In this document: positions 8,733-18,138 of the stretch, piece by piece
How positions within the stretch are numbered: position 1 is the stretch's first letter
How the letters are laid out: the number at the start of each line of letters is the position of its first letter
Assembly: GCA_003159795.1 (NCBI GenBank)
Contig: PLPK01000035.1
Coordinates: 1 to 56,527 of the forward strand
DNA length: 56,527 nucleotides
Direction: 5' to 3'
From: Acidimicrobiaceae bacterium
GTDB lineage: Bacteria > Actinomycetota > Acidimicrobiia > Acidimicrobiales > Bog-793
Program-made: the position numbers and the translations under genes
The notes under the pieces: model-generated
The model's input: only the letters and a program-made list of their open reading frames with translations
Told to the model about the DNA's origin: nothing
Database searches by the model: none

Positions 8733-10160
8733 TTGGAGGCTCTGCAGCACGAATCGAGCGGGAACGCGTTGGCGCGCGTGCTCGCCGCGTCGGTGACTCA
8801 CAGTCACGGCATCTATCTCGGCGCCGCGCACGGCGAACCGGTATTTGCACCACGCGAGCATGGAACGCTGGTGCTCGGTCCGCCGCGTTCCGGAAAAACG
8901 TCAAGCGTTGTTGTGCCAAATGTTTTCGCGGCGGCAGGCTCGGTCGTCGCGGTGTCCACGAAGCGCGACGTCCTCGACGAGACGCGCATGGTCCGCAGCC
9001 GGATCGGCGAGTGTCTGCTGTTCGACCCGAGCGGCACTGTGGAGGTCCCGCCGGGCGTGCACGCGGTCGGTTGGTCGCCACTCGCCTCCGCCGCGACCTG
9101 GGATGGCTCGGTGTTCATGGCCGAATCGATGGTCGGCGCGAGCCGGGAGGGCAGGGACCGGGTCGACGGTTCGCACTGGACCGAACGGGCGGCGGCCCTG
9201 CTCTCGTCGATCTTCCACGGTGCCGCGCTCGACGGCGCCCCGCTCGACGATGTCGTCGCGGCCGTGAACCGGAGGTCCCCGGAACGCTTCGTCGCGGCGC
9301 TCGCGCGCCACGACGCGACCCTCGCCCTCGACCTGCTGATCGGGATCACCGAGACCGAGGAGCGTGAGCAGAGCGCCATCTGGTCGACCGCCTCGGGCGT
9401 GCTCGCCGGCTACCGCACGAGCGCGGCCCTGGCGAGCGCAGCCCTCGCGCGGTTCGACCCCGAGCGCTTCGTGCGCTCCCGTTCCACGCTCTTCGTCGCC
9501 GCGCCGGCCGAGTACCAGCAACACCTCGCACCGCTCGTCGCCGGCATCATCCGGGACGTCCGCACCGCCGCCTACCGGTTCCACGCCACGACGGAGAGGC
9601 GCGCGGATGCTCCCGTGCTGCTCGTTCTCGATGAACTGGCCAACATCGCGCCGCTCCACGACCTCCCGGCGCTCGTGGCCGAAGGAGCGAGCCAGGGCAT
9701 CGTGACGCTCGCCAGTCTCCAGGACCTCTCCCAGGCGCGGGCGCGCTTCGGGACCGTGGCGGACGGCTTCCTCACGCTTTTCGGTGTGAAGCTCGTGCTC
9801 GCCGGGATGAGTGACGTCCGCACTCTCGAGGCGCTCTCGGCGCTCGCGGGCCACCGCGACGAGATCGTTACCTCGACGACGACGTCGCGGGCCCCGGGCC
9901 GGCTGCGACAGAACACGACGCGGACCGTGACCACGCGACGCGAGCCCCGTCTTCCCGTCGACGCCATCGCCCAGCCCCCACCGGGGACGGCCATCGCCTT
10001 CGTCGGCGCCCGTCCGTTGCGGGTCCAGCTCACGCCGCATCACTCCTCGTCGCCCTGGCGCGAGATCTCCGCGAGTTCCATCGCGCAGCCGGTCGTCGCG
10101 CCGCGGACCATCCGGCAGTGGTCGCGAGCCGGGGGGCGCCACCGGGGCCTCAGCGGCTGA
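8733..10160 (+). CDS. VirD4/TraG-like type IV coupling protein ATPase, no N-terminal TM anchor
   Basis: GIYLG, Walker A GPPRSGKT, VAVSTK, LFDPSG, GWSPL, Walker B LLVLDELAN, LQDLSQ. Confidence 0.9.
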   Translation: MEALQHESSGNALARVLAASVTHSHGIYLGAAHGEPVFAPREHGTLVLGPPRSGKTSSVVVPNVFAAAGSVVAVSTKRDVLDETRMVRSRIGECLLFDPSGTVEVPPGVHAVGWSPLASAATWDGSVFMAESMVGASREGRDRVDGSHWTERAAALLSSIFHGAALDGAPLDDVVAAVNRRSPERFVAALARHDATLALDLLIGITETEEREQSAIWSTASGVLAGYRTSAALASAALARFDPERFVRSRSTLFVAAPAEYQQHLAPLVAGIIRDVRTAAYRFHATTERRADAPVLLVLDELANIAPLHDLPALVAEGASQGIVTLASLQDLSQARARFGTVADGFLTLFGVKLVLAGMSDVRTLEALSALAGHRDEIVTSTTTSRAPGRLRQNTTRTVTTRREPRLPVDAIAQPPPGTAIAFVGARPLRVQLTPHHSSSPWREISASSIAQPVVAPRTIRQWSRAGGRHRGLSG

Positions 10161-12369
10161 GCGAGGGTTCCCTGCGGCGCGCAGCGCCGATGAGACGCGC
10201 GTTCCGGCTCCAACCGGGACCATCGCGGTCGGGAACCGGCTCCATCCCGCGCACCCTCCCCCGGCGTTCGGATTCGATCGCCCTCGCGCGCCACAGCTCG
10301 CGGGCGCGCCGGCCCTCGGGGGACCTTCCGAGCTCACGGCGCAGCACCGCTGGTTCGGCGAGCTCCAGCGCGAACGACCGCTCGCCGGCGGGATCCCGGT
10401 CCACCGGGGCGACGGCGACATGGCAGTGCACGCCGTCGGGAAGGCGCGCGATCCCGGACCCGAGGATCCGCGCGCCCCCGAACACGATGAGATCGAGATC
10501 CCCGCCCAACCGGCGCAGCGCTTCGCCCGGGCTGGCGGCCTCGCAGCCGAGGGGGGCGAGAAGGCGCGGCTCGGCGGCCACGACGAGGCACCGGCGTCCC
10601 CGCGCGCGCCGCTCCCCGTCCAACAGGCGGATCCCGCCGAGCGCGGCCGCGAGGTCCCCGGCGAGAAGAACCTCGACGTCACCTACCGTGTGCCGGGTGA
10701 GCGCCCCATCCGGAGCGGACCATCCGGCGAGGAGGGCCCCTTCCCGACCGGCGGGTGGTGGCGTCCGCCCGGCAGAAGAACCCCCCCGTACGAGCACGAG
10801 CGTCGTGCCCCGGGCGCGCGCCTCGTCGACGAGCGACAGCACCTCACGCACGGGACAACGCTCGGGGTCGGCGATGACGACGAGGGAGCCGCCACCGGAC
10901 ACCTCGCGGCGGTCGAACACGGTCGTCGTGACCCCCGTCGCCGCCTCGAAATGGGCGGCGGCACGGCGGTTCGGCGCGAGGCCGACGACCCGACGGCCGT
11001 CGCGATGTGCCGCGACCGCCGCCGCGCGCAACTCCTCGTAGTCCTCCAGCGGGCGGTTCGCCCGGCCGGCCACGACGACCCCGGGGGCGATCGTGCCCGC
11101 CGGTCGGAGAGCCCCCGCGTCATCCCTCGCCACGGCGAGCACCGGTGCCGACTCGAGCGTTACTTCCAGCCGGTCGCCCAGTGCCGCGACTTCCCGCGTC
11201 GCGAACCGGGCTTCGACGAGACCCGCTGGGATGCGCCCGCCCCCGGCCGCGCGCAGCCGGACGGTGCGCGCGCCGTACCGCACGAGCTCGCCCGAACCGA
11301 GGTGTTGATCGACGGCGACCTCGACCCGCTCGACGGGGGCGCCGTCGTCCAGGCGGGCGCACGTCGCCCGGATCAGCTCACGCCGGTCGAAGGCGTGGCC
11401 GAGGGACTCGGCCGACTCGGCGACGCGCGCCGCCAGCCCGGGGTCGCGCCCGGTCCCGGGCCGCCCCGTCCGGGGGGCGGCGGCACCGAGCCTGCCCACG
11501 GACGCCCGGGACACCCCGAGTGCGAAGGCCCGCTCACGCCAACCGGCGACGAGCGCCGGGTAGTCCCGAGTGAGGACCTTGTCCGGACGGGTGCGGTCGG
11601 CGGCCAACCGTGCCGAGTGCGGCCCTGACCATCCCGTGCGAGCGAGCTCGGCGGTGATCTCCGCACTGCGACGCGAGAAGCCGCGCACCGCAGCCGCCGG
11701 GATCCCGATGAGGTCGGCGAATCCCTCAGCGCGTGCCTGCCACGAGACCGCGAGCCGTCGGGAGATCTCGTAGCGCAGCTCCGCCCGGTACAGGGCCCCG
11801 GCCACGCCGACGTTGGCGAACAGCGCCCGGGCGTCGAGCGCCGACCATCTCCCACCGGCGTCCGGCGCGAGGTTGGCCACGACAAGGTGTGTGTGGAGGT
11901 GCGGGTCGTTCGCGCGGCTCGTCCGGTGGAGGAACGACGCCGCGGCGAGGCCCGGCGCCGGTTGAACCGAGCCCCCGCGGCGCACGTGCGCGGCGTGCCG
12001 CTCGAGGTACCCGAGGGCGCCCGCGACGGCACGCTCATGCGCGGCGCGCACCTCCCCGATGGCATCGTCCGGGCCCAGGGCGTGGAGCAGGCTCACCGAC
12101 TTCGGCGCGGCGAACGTGCAGTCGAAAGCGGTGACGGTGACGCGGTCGTGGCGGGGGTCGAGCGCCACACCGGCCACGGGGTCCACCCCGGCGAGCAGCG
12201 TCGACAGGCTCGCGGCCTCGACCGTCCGGCCGGCGAGGCCGAGGTGGGCGGCCAGACCTCCCCACCAGGCGCCGTCGGACTCGACGAGCCCCGGCTGCTC
12301 CGGAGATCCCCTGGTCGCCTCGAGGTAGTACACCTCGCGGCCCCGGCGCACCTTCGCCACGTTGAGCAC
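10150..12369 (-). CDS. MobF (TrwC/TraI-type) relaxase with degenerate helicase-like C-terminus
   Basis: N-terminal LNVAKV...YYL, FDCTFAAPKSVS, HRTSRANDPHLHTH, FSRRSAEI; GTG start at 12369 inferred because MobF domains begin at the extreme N-terminus. Confidence 0.93.
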   Translation of the reverse strand: MLNVAKVRRGREVYYLEATRGSPEQPGLVESDGAWWGGLAAHLGLAGRTVEAASLSTLLAGVDPVAGVALDPRHDRVTVTAFDCTFAAPKSVSLLHALGPDDAIGEVRAAHERAVAGALGYLERHAAHVRRGGSVQPAPGLAAASFLHRTSRANDPHLHTHLVVANLAPDAGGRWSALDARALFANVGVAGALYRAELRYEISRRLAVSWQARAEGFADLIGIPAAAVRGFSRRSAEITAELARTGWSGPHSARLAADRTRPDKVLTRDYPALVAGWRERAFALGVSRASVGRLGAAAPRTGRPGTGRDPGLAARVAESAESLGHAFDRRELIRATCARLDDGAPVERVEVAVDQHLGSGELVRYGARTVRLRAAGGGRIPAGLVEARFATREVAALGDRLEVTLESAPVLAVARDDAGALRPAGTIAPGVVVAGRANRPLEDYEELRAAAVAAHRDGRRVVGLAPNRRAAAHFEAATGVTTTVFDRREVSGGGSLVVIADPERCPVREVLSLVDEARARGTTLVLVRGGSSAGRTPPPAGREGALLAGWSAPDGALTRHTVGDVEVLLAGDLAAALGGIRLLDGERRARGRRCLVVAAEPRLLAPLGCEAASPGEALRRLGGDLDLIVFGGARILGSGIARLPDGVHCHVAVAPVDRDPAGERSFALELAEPAVLRRELGRSPEGRRARELWRARAIESERRGRVRGMEPVPDRDGPGWSRNARLIGAARRREPSLSR

Positions 12370-12467
12370 CGCGGGGACGGTAGGAACGGACCGTGTTCCG
12401 CGACCTACCGCCGCGCCGCCGTTCCCGGGCCACCGGCACTCGGGGCCCAAACCGGCCGACCGGTCCC

Positions 12468-13427
12468 CTACGAACCGTCCCGGTACCGGGCGAGCGCCCG
12501 CCTTGCGACCCCTGCGGCGGCACCCGCGAGCTCGGGCGGGTCGACCACCTCGGCCGCCGGTCCGAGCCGGAGGACGAGACAGCCGAGGAAGTACTCGTCG
12601 GCGACCTCGATCGGCGCGACAACACGGCCGTCGGGCAAGCGGGACGGCGGCGCCGAGACCAGCCGATCGATGAGCACGTAGGAGGCCTGATCGAAAGCGA
12701 CGTAGGCGGTGCGCGCCCCCGCTCCCCCGACGAAGGCCCGTGCGCCGCCGAGCGCGGCGGGCAGCGACCGGGCCGTGACCGGCTCGCCGAGACGCCGAAC
12801 CCGGGTGATGCGCGCGACCTGGAAGCGCCGCCAGTCCCCGGCGAGACCGCAGAAGGCGTCGAGGTAGAACGTCCCCTCGCGGGCGACGACGGCGTAGGGC
12901 TCGACGCGCCGCGTCGTCTCGTCGCCGCGTTTCGCGCCGAGATAGTCGATCTCGACCGCCTCGCCCGCGGCGGCCAGCTCCCGCAGCTCCTCGAGGTGCG
13001 GGGGCACGTCAAGCTCGACGCTCACCCGCTCGAGACCGAGGGCGTGGCCGAGCTTGTCGAGCGCCGTGGCGAGCGGACCGGTGGGCTCCACGCCCTCGAT
13101 GGCGAGCATCGCTCTGGCCGAGGCCGCGAGCGTGAAGCCCTCGTCCGGCGTGAGACGCGCCGGGCGGCGCAGCGCGTCGAGCCCGTAGGCGACGACGCGG
13201 TCGTCATCGACGATCAGCTCGAGCAGCGTGTCCGGCGTGTACGGCGGCAGCCCGCAGCAGGCGGCGAGCTCGAGCTCGCCGACGAGGGATTCCGGCTCGA
13301 AGCCGAATCGCGTCGCGAGATCGCCGATGGACGACTCGCCCACGCCGGCGAGGTACGTGAGGACGGCGAGGAGCCGCCGCAGACGGGCCCCCGCGTCAAC
13401 GCCCTCGGGCGTGTGCCCGGTGCTCAG
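12468..13427 (-). CDS. pafC: HTH-WYL-WCX transcriptional regulator, PafC-like
   Basis: RLRRLLAVL, CGLPPYTPD, RRPARLTPDE, RRVEPY, FYLDAFC, RRFQVARI; start inferred as CTG overlapping the pafB stop. Confidence 0.88.
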   Translation of the reverse strand: MSTGHTPEGVDAGARLRRLLAVLTYLAGVGESSIGDLATRFGFEPESLVGELELAACCGLPPYTPDTLLELIVDDDRVVAYGLDALRRPARLTPDEGFTLAASARAMLAIEGVEPTGPLATALDKLGHALGLERVSVELDVPPHLEELRELAAAGEAVEIDYLGAKRGDETTRRVEPYAVVAREGTFYLDAFCGLAGDWRRFQVARITRVRRLGEPVTARSLPAALGGARAFVGGAGARTAYVAFDQASYVLIDRLVSAPPSRLPDGRVVAPIEVADEYFLGCLVLRLGPAAEVVDPPELAGAAAGVARRALARYRDGS

Positions 13428-14386
13428 CGTGGTCCCCCGGCCCGGGCGGCCGTCTCGAGGCGGTCGATGGCACCGCGGCGGAGAGCCACCGGGGCGAGCA
13501 CCTCGACCGCGTCGCCGAGCCCGAGCACCCACGAGTAGAAGGCTTCCTCGTCGCCGACGGAAAACGCCAGGCGCACCGACCCGTCGGCGTCGCGCCCGCG
13601 CACGGCCCCCGCACCGACGAGCGCGATGACGCTGGCGGCCTCGCGGGCGTCGACGGCGACCTCGACCTCGGTCGCCTCGGGCTCGACCGGCCCCGAGGGC
13701 TCCGGCTGGAACGGCACGTAGCGCAGCTCCGTCGCGGCGTCGAAGCCGTCCGGCCGCTCGTAGCTCGCCGGCGTGCCGGCGACCGGTTCGCTCTCGAACC
13801 GGTCGACCCGGAAGCGGCGCAAGCCCCCGGATTCGCCGACGCCGGCGTCCCGCCCCACGAAGTACCAGCTGCCGCCGCGGAAGACCAGCCCGTAGCCGTC
13901 GACGCGCCGTTGCCGCCCGTGATAGGCGAACGCGACCGACGCCCGGTCCCGGATCGCCTGCTGGAGCAGCCCGAGGAACGGCAACGACGGGAGCACCGCG
14001 ACGGGCGCGACGTCAGCCGCCCGTGCCGTGCCGAGCTTGTGGAGGACCTCGCGGCCGACTCCGCCCTCCAGGCGCACGGCGAGCAGCGCGAAGGCGAGCG
14101 CCGCCTCTTCGTCCGGGGTGAGCCCGAGGTCGGGGAGGTAGTACTGCTCGGGTAGGATGCGGTAGCCGACCTGGTCGTCACCATTGACGCGCTCGACGGA
14201 GATCGGTATCCCGTTGTCGCGCAGCGTGCGCTTGTCGCGTTCGAACGCCTGTCGGAGTGCACCGGGGGCGGTCGGGTAGCCGGCGACGGCGAGGCCGATC
14301 TCCCGCAGCGAAAGCGGGCGGGAGGCGTCCAGCAGGGCTAGGACGAGGTTCGTGATTCGCTCGAGCCTGCTCAGCCTGGTCGACAC
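13424..14386 (-). CDS. pafB: HTH-WYL-WCX transcriptional regulator, PafB-like
   Basis: RLERITNLVLALL, FERDKRTLR, GYRI, LTPDEEAAL, WYFVGRD, FRVDR. Confidence 0.92.
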   Translation of the reverse strand: MSTRLSRLERITNLVLALLDASRPLSLREIGLAVAGYPTAPGALRQAFERDKRTLRDNGIPISVERVNGDDQVGYRILPEQYYLPDLGLTPDEEAALAFALLAVRLEGGVGREVLHKLGTARAADVAPVAVLPSLPFLGLLQQAIRDRASVAFAYHGRQRRVDGYGLVFRGGSWYFVGRDAGVGESGGLRRFRVDRFESEPVAGTPASYERPDGFDAATELRYVPFQPEPSGPVEPEATEVEVAVDAREAASVIALVGAGAVRGRDADGSVRLAFSVGDEEAFYSWVLGLGDAVEVLAPVALRRGAIDRLETAARAGGPR

Positions 14387-14484
14387 ACAAGCAATCTAGG
14401 CCGGGCCCCGGGTGCCGAGATACCGCTGGGCGCCTTGCGCGACGCACCGGGACGGGATGAACCGATGACAGCCGACAGGACCGG

Positions 14485-16350
14485 ATGATGACGGTGCGGA
14501 CGAAGGACGAACTGCGGAACGTGGCGATCATCGCCCACGTCGACCACGGCAAGACGACGCTCGTCGACGCGATGCTCCGCCAGGGCGGTGCGTTCGGCGC
14601 CCACGCCACCGTCGTCGACCGGGTCCTCGACTCCCTCGACCTCGAGCGCGAGAAGGGCATCACGATCCTCGCCAAGCAGGCCGCCTTCCGGTTCGGGACC
14701 CGCCGCCTGAACGTCGTCGACACCCCGGGCCACGCCGACTTCGGCGGTGAGGTCGAACGCGCCCTCGCGATGGTCGACGGCGCGATGCTGCTCGTCGACG
14801 CCTCGGACGGTCCCGGGCCCCAGACCCGCTTCGTGCTCCGCAAGGCGTTCGAGTCGGGGCTGCCCGTCGTACCCGTCGTGAACAAGGTCGACAGGCCCGA
14901 CGCCCGGATCGCCGAGGTCGTCGACGAGACGATCGAGCTGTTCCTGGACCTCGAGGCGCCCGAGGGCCAGTACGACATCCCGTTCCTGTTCGGCAGCGCC
15001 CGTGACGGCTGGCTGACGCTCAACCAGCCGCCGGGGCCGGTCGCCGAGCCACCCGAGGGCGGGGACCTCGCGATCCTCGTCGAGGTGCTCTTCGACCACC
15101 TCCCGCCGCCCTCGTACACCGAGGGCGCCCCCCTCCAGGCGCTCGTCACCAATCTCGACGCCTCGCCGTATCTCGGCCGGCTGGCGATCTGCCGCGTCGT
15201 CGAGGGGACGATCCACGACAACGAGACCGTCGCTTGGTGCCGACGCGACGGGACGGTCGAGCGGGTCCGCGTCACCGAGCTCCTCGTGCCCGCCGACCTC
15301 GGCCGGGTCCCGGCCGACTCCGCCGGACCCGGCGAGCTCATCGCCGTCGCCGGCATCGACGAGATCACCGTCGGCGAGACGCTCGCCGACGCCGAGCACC
15401 CGGTCGCGCTGCCGCTCCTCATCGTCGACGAGCCCAGCCTGTCGATGACGGTCGGGGTCAACTCCTCGCCGCTCGCCGGCCGGAATGGGACCAAGCTGAC
15501 GGCGCGCCTCCTGCGGTCACGCCTCGAGGCCGAGGTGTTGGGCAACGTCGCGATCCGCCTCGTGCCCACCGAGCGCGCCGACACCTTCGAGGTGCAGGGT
15601 CGCGGGGAGCTCGCCCTGGCGGTCCTCGTTGAGACGATGCGCCGCGAAGGATTCGAGCTGACCGTCGGCAAGCCCGAGGTGCTCACCCGGGTGGTCGAGG
15701 GCGTCGTGTGCGAACCGGTGGAGCGCCTCTCCATCGAGGTCCCCGAGGAGCACCTCGGCACCGTCACGCAGCTCATCGCCCGGCGACGGGCCCGCATCGA
15801 CCGCATCGTCCACCACGGGACCGGCTGGGTCCGCCTCGGCGGGCTCGTCCCTTCCCGGGGGTTGATCGGGATCCGCGGCGAGCTGATGACCCAGACACGG
15901 GGCACGGCTCAGCTCCACCACTCGCTCGAGCGCTACGAGCCCTGGCAGGGTGAGATCCGGATGCGGGCGAGCGGCAGCCTGATCGCCGACCGCCCGGGCG
16001 TGGCGACCGCCTTCGCGATCACGAACCTTTCCGAACGCGGGTCGATGTTCGTCGGCCCGGGCGAGGAGGTCTACGAGGGGATGATCGTCGGTGAGAGCTC
16101 GCGGGCCGACGACATCGACGTCAACGTGACCAAGGAGAAGAAGCTGACGAACATGCGATCCTCGACCTCGGACGAGTTCGTCAAGCTGCCGCCGATCCGG
16201 CGGCTCACGCTCGAGCAGGCGCTCGAGCACGCCGACGAGACCGAGTGCGTCGAGGTCACGCCCTCGGTCGTCCGTCTGCGCAAGGCGGTCCTCTCACGGC
16301 ATGACCGGGCTCGCGGGCGCGGCCGGGAACGTCGCGTCACGAGCGGCTGA
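14485..16350 (+). CDS. typA: Translational GTPase TypA/BipA
   Basis: RNVAIIAHVDHGKTTLVD, DTPGHADFGGEVER, NKVD, GRGEL, VYEGMIVG, KKLTNMRSS. Confidence 0.97.
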   Translation: MMTVRTKDELRNVAIIAHVDHGKTTLVDAMLRQGGAFGAHATVVDRVLDSLDLEREKGITILAKQAAFRFGTRRLNVVDTPGHADFGGEVERALAMVDGAMLLVDASDGPGPQTRFVLRKAFESGLPVVPVVNKVDRPDARIAEVVDETIELFLDLEAPEGQYDIPFLFGSARDGWLTLNQPPGPVAEPPEGGDLAILVEVLFDHLPPPSYTEGAPLQALVTNLDASPYLGRLAICRVVEGTIHDNETVAWCRRDGTVERVRVTELLVPADLGRVPADSAGPGELIAVAGIDEITVGETLADAEHPVALPLLIVDEPSLSMTVGVNSSPLAGRNGTKLTARLLRSRLEAEVLGNVAIRLVPTERADTFEVQGRGELALAVLVETMRREGFELTVGKPEVLTRVVEGVVCEPVERLSIEVPEEHLGTVTQLIARRRARIDRIVHHGTGWVRLGGLVPSRGLIGIRGELMTQTRGTAQLHHSLERYEPWQGEIRMRASGSLIADRPGVATAFAITNLSERGSMFVGPGEEVYEGMIVGESSRADDIDVNVTKEKKLTNMRSSTSDEFVKLPPIRRLTLEQALEHADETECVEVTPSVVRLRKAVLSRHDRARGRGRERRVTSG

Positions 16351-16375
16351 ACGACCAGGCACACCCGGGCGCCGG

Positions 16376-16879
16376 TCAGACGAGCGGCGGCAGGAAGCGC
16401 CCGAAGCGCAGCGGCGGCTTGTCGAGGACGAAGGTGACGAGCACGTGCAGGTCGCGGAGGCGCACGACGACGATGGCGAGCGGGTCATGCTTCCGGCCCG
16501 GCGGCCAGCCGAGCGCCACGCCGTTCGTCGAGAAGCTCCCCCGGTACGCGACAACGCACACGGCGCTCCGTTCGCGCAGCACCGCGCCCGGGATGACGAA
16601 CCAACGGTGCTCGCTCTTCCTGAACCCCCGAAGGGCCGTCGTGAGGTCGCGCGGGCTCAGATAGCGCACGCCGGCGAAGCGCCCCGTGTCGTTGACGGCC
16701 GCGTGCGTCACCGCGAGGACCCGGAAGCACGAGCTCTCGGTCGACCCGAGGACGTTGCGCGGCGCGGTGCACGCCGAAAGCCCGGCTGACGCGGCGAGGA
16801 GCGCCGCCGACGCCGCCACGAGCCTCGCCGCTCTCGCCGTCCGGCCCCGGGGTGCTGGCCGGAGCCCGTCGCTGCTCAT
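16376..16879 (-). CDS. Hypothetical lipoprotein
   Basis: ATG overlaps upstream stop (ATGA); signal peptide with lipobox LSAC; C-terminal part of track ORF 16376..17614. Confidence 0.75.
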   Translation of the reverse strand: MSSDGLRPAPRGRTARAARLVAASAALLAASAGLSACTAPRNVLGSTESSCFRVLAVTHAAVNDTGRFAGVRYLSPRDLTTALRGFRKSEHRWFVIPGAVLRERSAVCVVAYRGSFSTNGVALGWPPGRKHDPLAIVVVRLRDLHVLVTFVLDKPPLRFGRFLPPLV

Positions 16880-18006
16880 GTCCCCACCTCTCCCGTCGCG
16901 CCCGACAACTCGTCCACCGTCGCGCGCCCCCGTCGCGATGGCAACCGCACCGCCGATCCCACCGGATCGGCCGCCGCAGGACCCTGCCTCCAGCGGCGCG
17001 CGAGACCAAGCCCGGCCCAGGCCGACCAGCCGACGGGGAGGAAGCCCCAGAAGCTGACGATCCGGTAGAGGAGAACCGCGGCGACCGTCGAGAGATACTG
17101 CCCCCCGAAGACGCCGAGCGCGAACGTGATGCTCCCTTCGACGACTCCGAGCCCGCCGGGCGTGATCGGCAGGTTGGCCGCGAGCTGGGCGACGCCGTAG
17201 GCGAGGAACAGACCGCGCCACGGCACGGTGCTGCCCACCGCGAGGAAGGCGCAGGCGAGGCAGCCGCAGTCGAGGACCCAGTTGCCGAGCGCACCGGCCA
17301 GCGAGACCGCGAGGTCCCGCCAGGTGAGCCGGAGTCCCTCGAGCCGGGCGGCCCATGCGGCGACGACGACGGCACCGCCGCGCCGCGGCCGACCGACCAG
17401 GCGCCGCGAAACCCCGAAGGCGCCGACCACGAGATGCGCCAGCCAGCGGCGCTGAAACACGACGGCGTCGGCGACGACCGAGATGGCGAACACACCGAGG
17501 ATGACCCCGACGAGGTCGTAGGCCGCGCTCACCCTGAAGGCGAAGACGACGCCGACGGTGGCGACGAGACCCAGCGTCGCGGCGGAACAGACAAACGTCG
17601 CGAGGAGGGTCCACACCGCGAGGGTCTCGTCAGCTCCCCGGCGTCGGTAGACACGGTAGACGTAGATGCTTGAAAACGCCGGGCCGCCGGGCAGCGAGCT
17701 GGCGATCGCCGCCGAGGCGGCGCTCAGGGTGGTCATGAACCCGACGCCGGTGCGCACCCCGCCGACCGACAGCAGGCGCCGCTCCAGGAGCCCGAACGAG
17801 ACGTACGACGCGATCTCCAGGACGATCGCGAGGAGGAGCCAACCCAGCTCGAGGTGGGTGAGCTCCTCCGAGGCGCCGAGGAGCTCGCCTTTCCGACCGT
17901 TGAGGGCCCACAGGGCGAGCGCGGCCAGCCCAAGCCCGACAACGAAGCGCACGACGCGCCACGAACGGGTCCGGGTGACCCGACGCAGCCGCTCCCTCCA
18001 CGTCAC
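16876..18006 (-). CDS. Lysylphosphatidylglycerol synthase TM-domain (YbhN/flippase-like) protein
   Basis: LPGG, YRRRG, PITPGGLGVVEG, AVLLYRIVSFW; start inferred at GTG 18006. Confidence 0.88.
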   Translation of the reverse strand: MTWRERLRRVTRTRSWRVVRFVVGLGLAALALWALNGRKGELLGASEELTHLELGWLLLAIVLEIASYVSFGLLERRLLSVGGVRTGVGFMTTLSAASAAIASSLPGGPAFSSIYVYRVYRRRGADETLAVWTLLATFVCSAATLGLVATVGVVFAFRVSAAYDLVGVILGVFAISVVADAVVFQRRWLAHLVVGAFGVSRRLVGRPRRGGAVVVAAWAARLEGLRLTWRDLAVSLAGALGNWVLDCGCLACAFLAVGSTVPWRGLFLAYGVAQLAANLPITPGGLGVVEGSITFALGVFGGQYLSTVAAVLLYRIVSFWGFLPVGWSAWAGLGLARRWRQGPAAADPVGSAVRLPSRRGRATVDELSGATGEVGT

Positions 18007-18138
18007 GCCGCAGCGTACCGTGGCCCCTCGTGGCCCCTCGGCGCCGACCGGGCGCCGATCACGGGTCGGCCCGCCACCTCCCGGTGCCACGTGCTGTCGG
18101 CGCCGGCGGCGCGGCGGCCAGCCCGCCGGGACCGCCAC

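Noticed and set aside
8733-12369. Complete ICE or integrated conjugative plasmid
   Set aside because: No integrase, replication, MPF genes or flanking direct repeats were found around the two genes.
12383-12399. LexA SOS box upstream of mobF
   Set aside because: GGAAC-N7-GTTCC does not fit the actinobacterial CGAAC-N4-GTTCG consensus.
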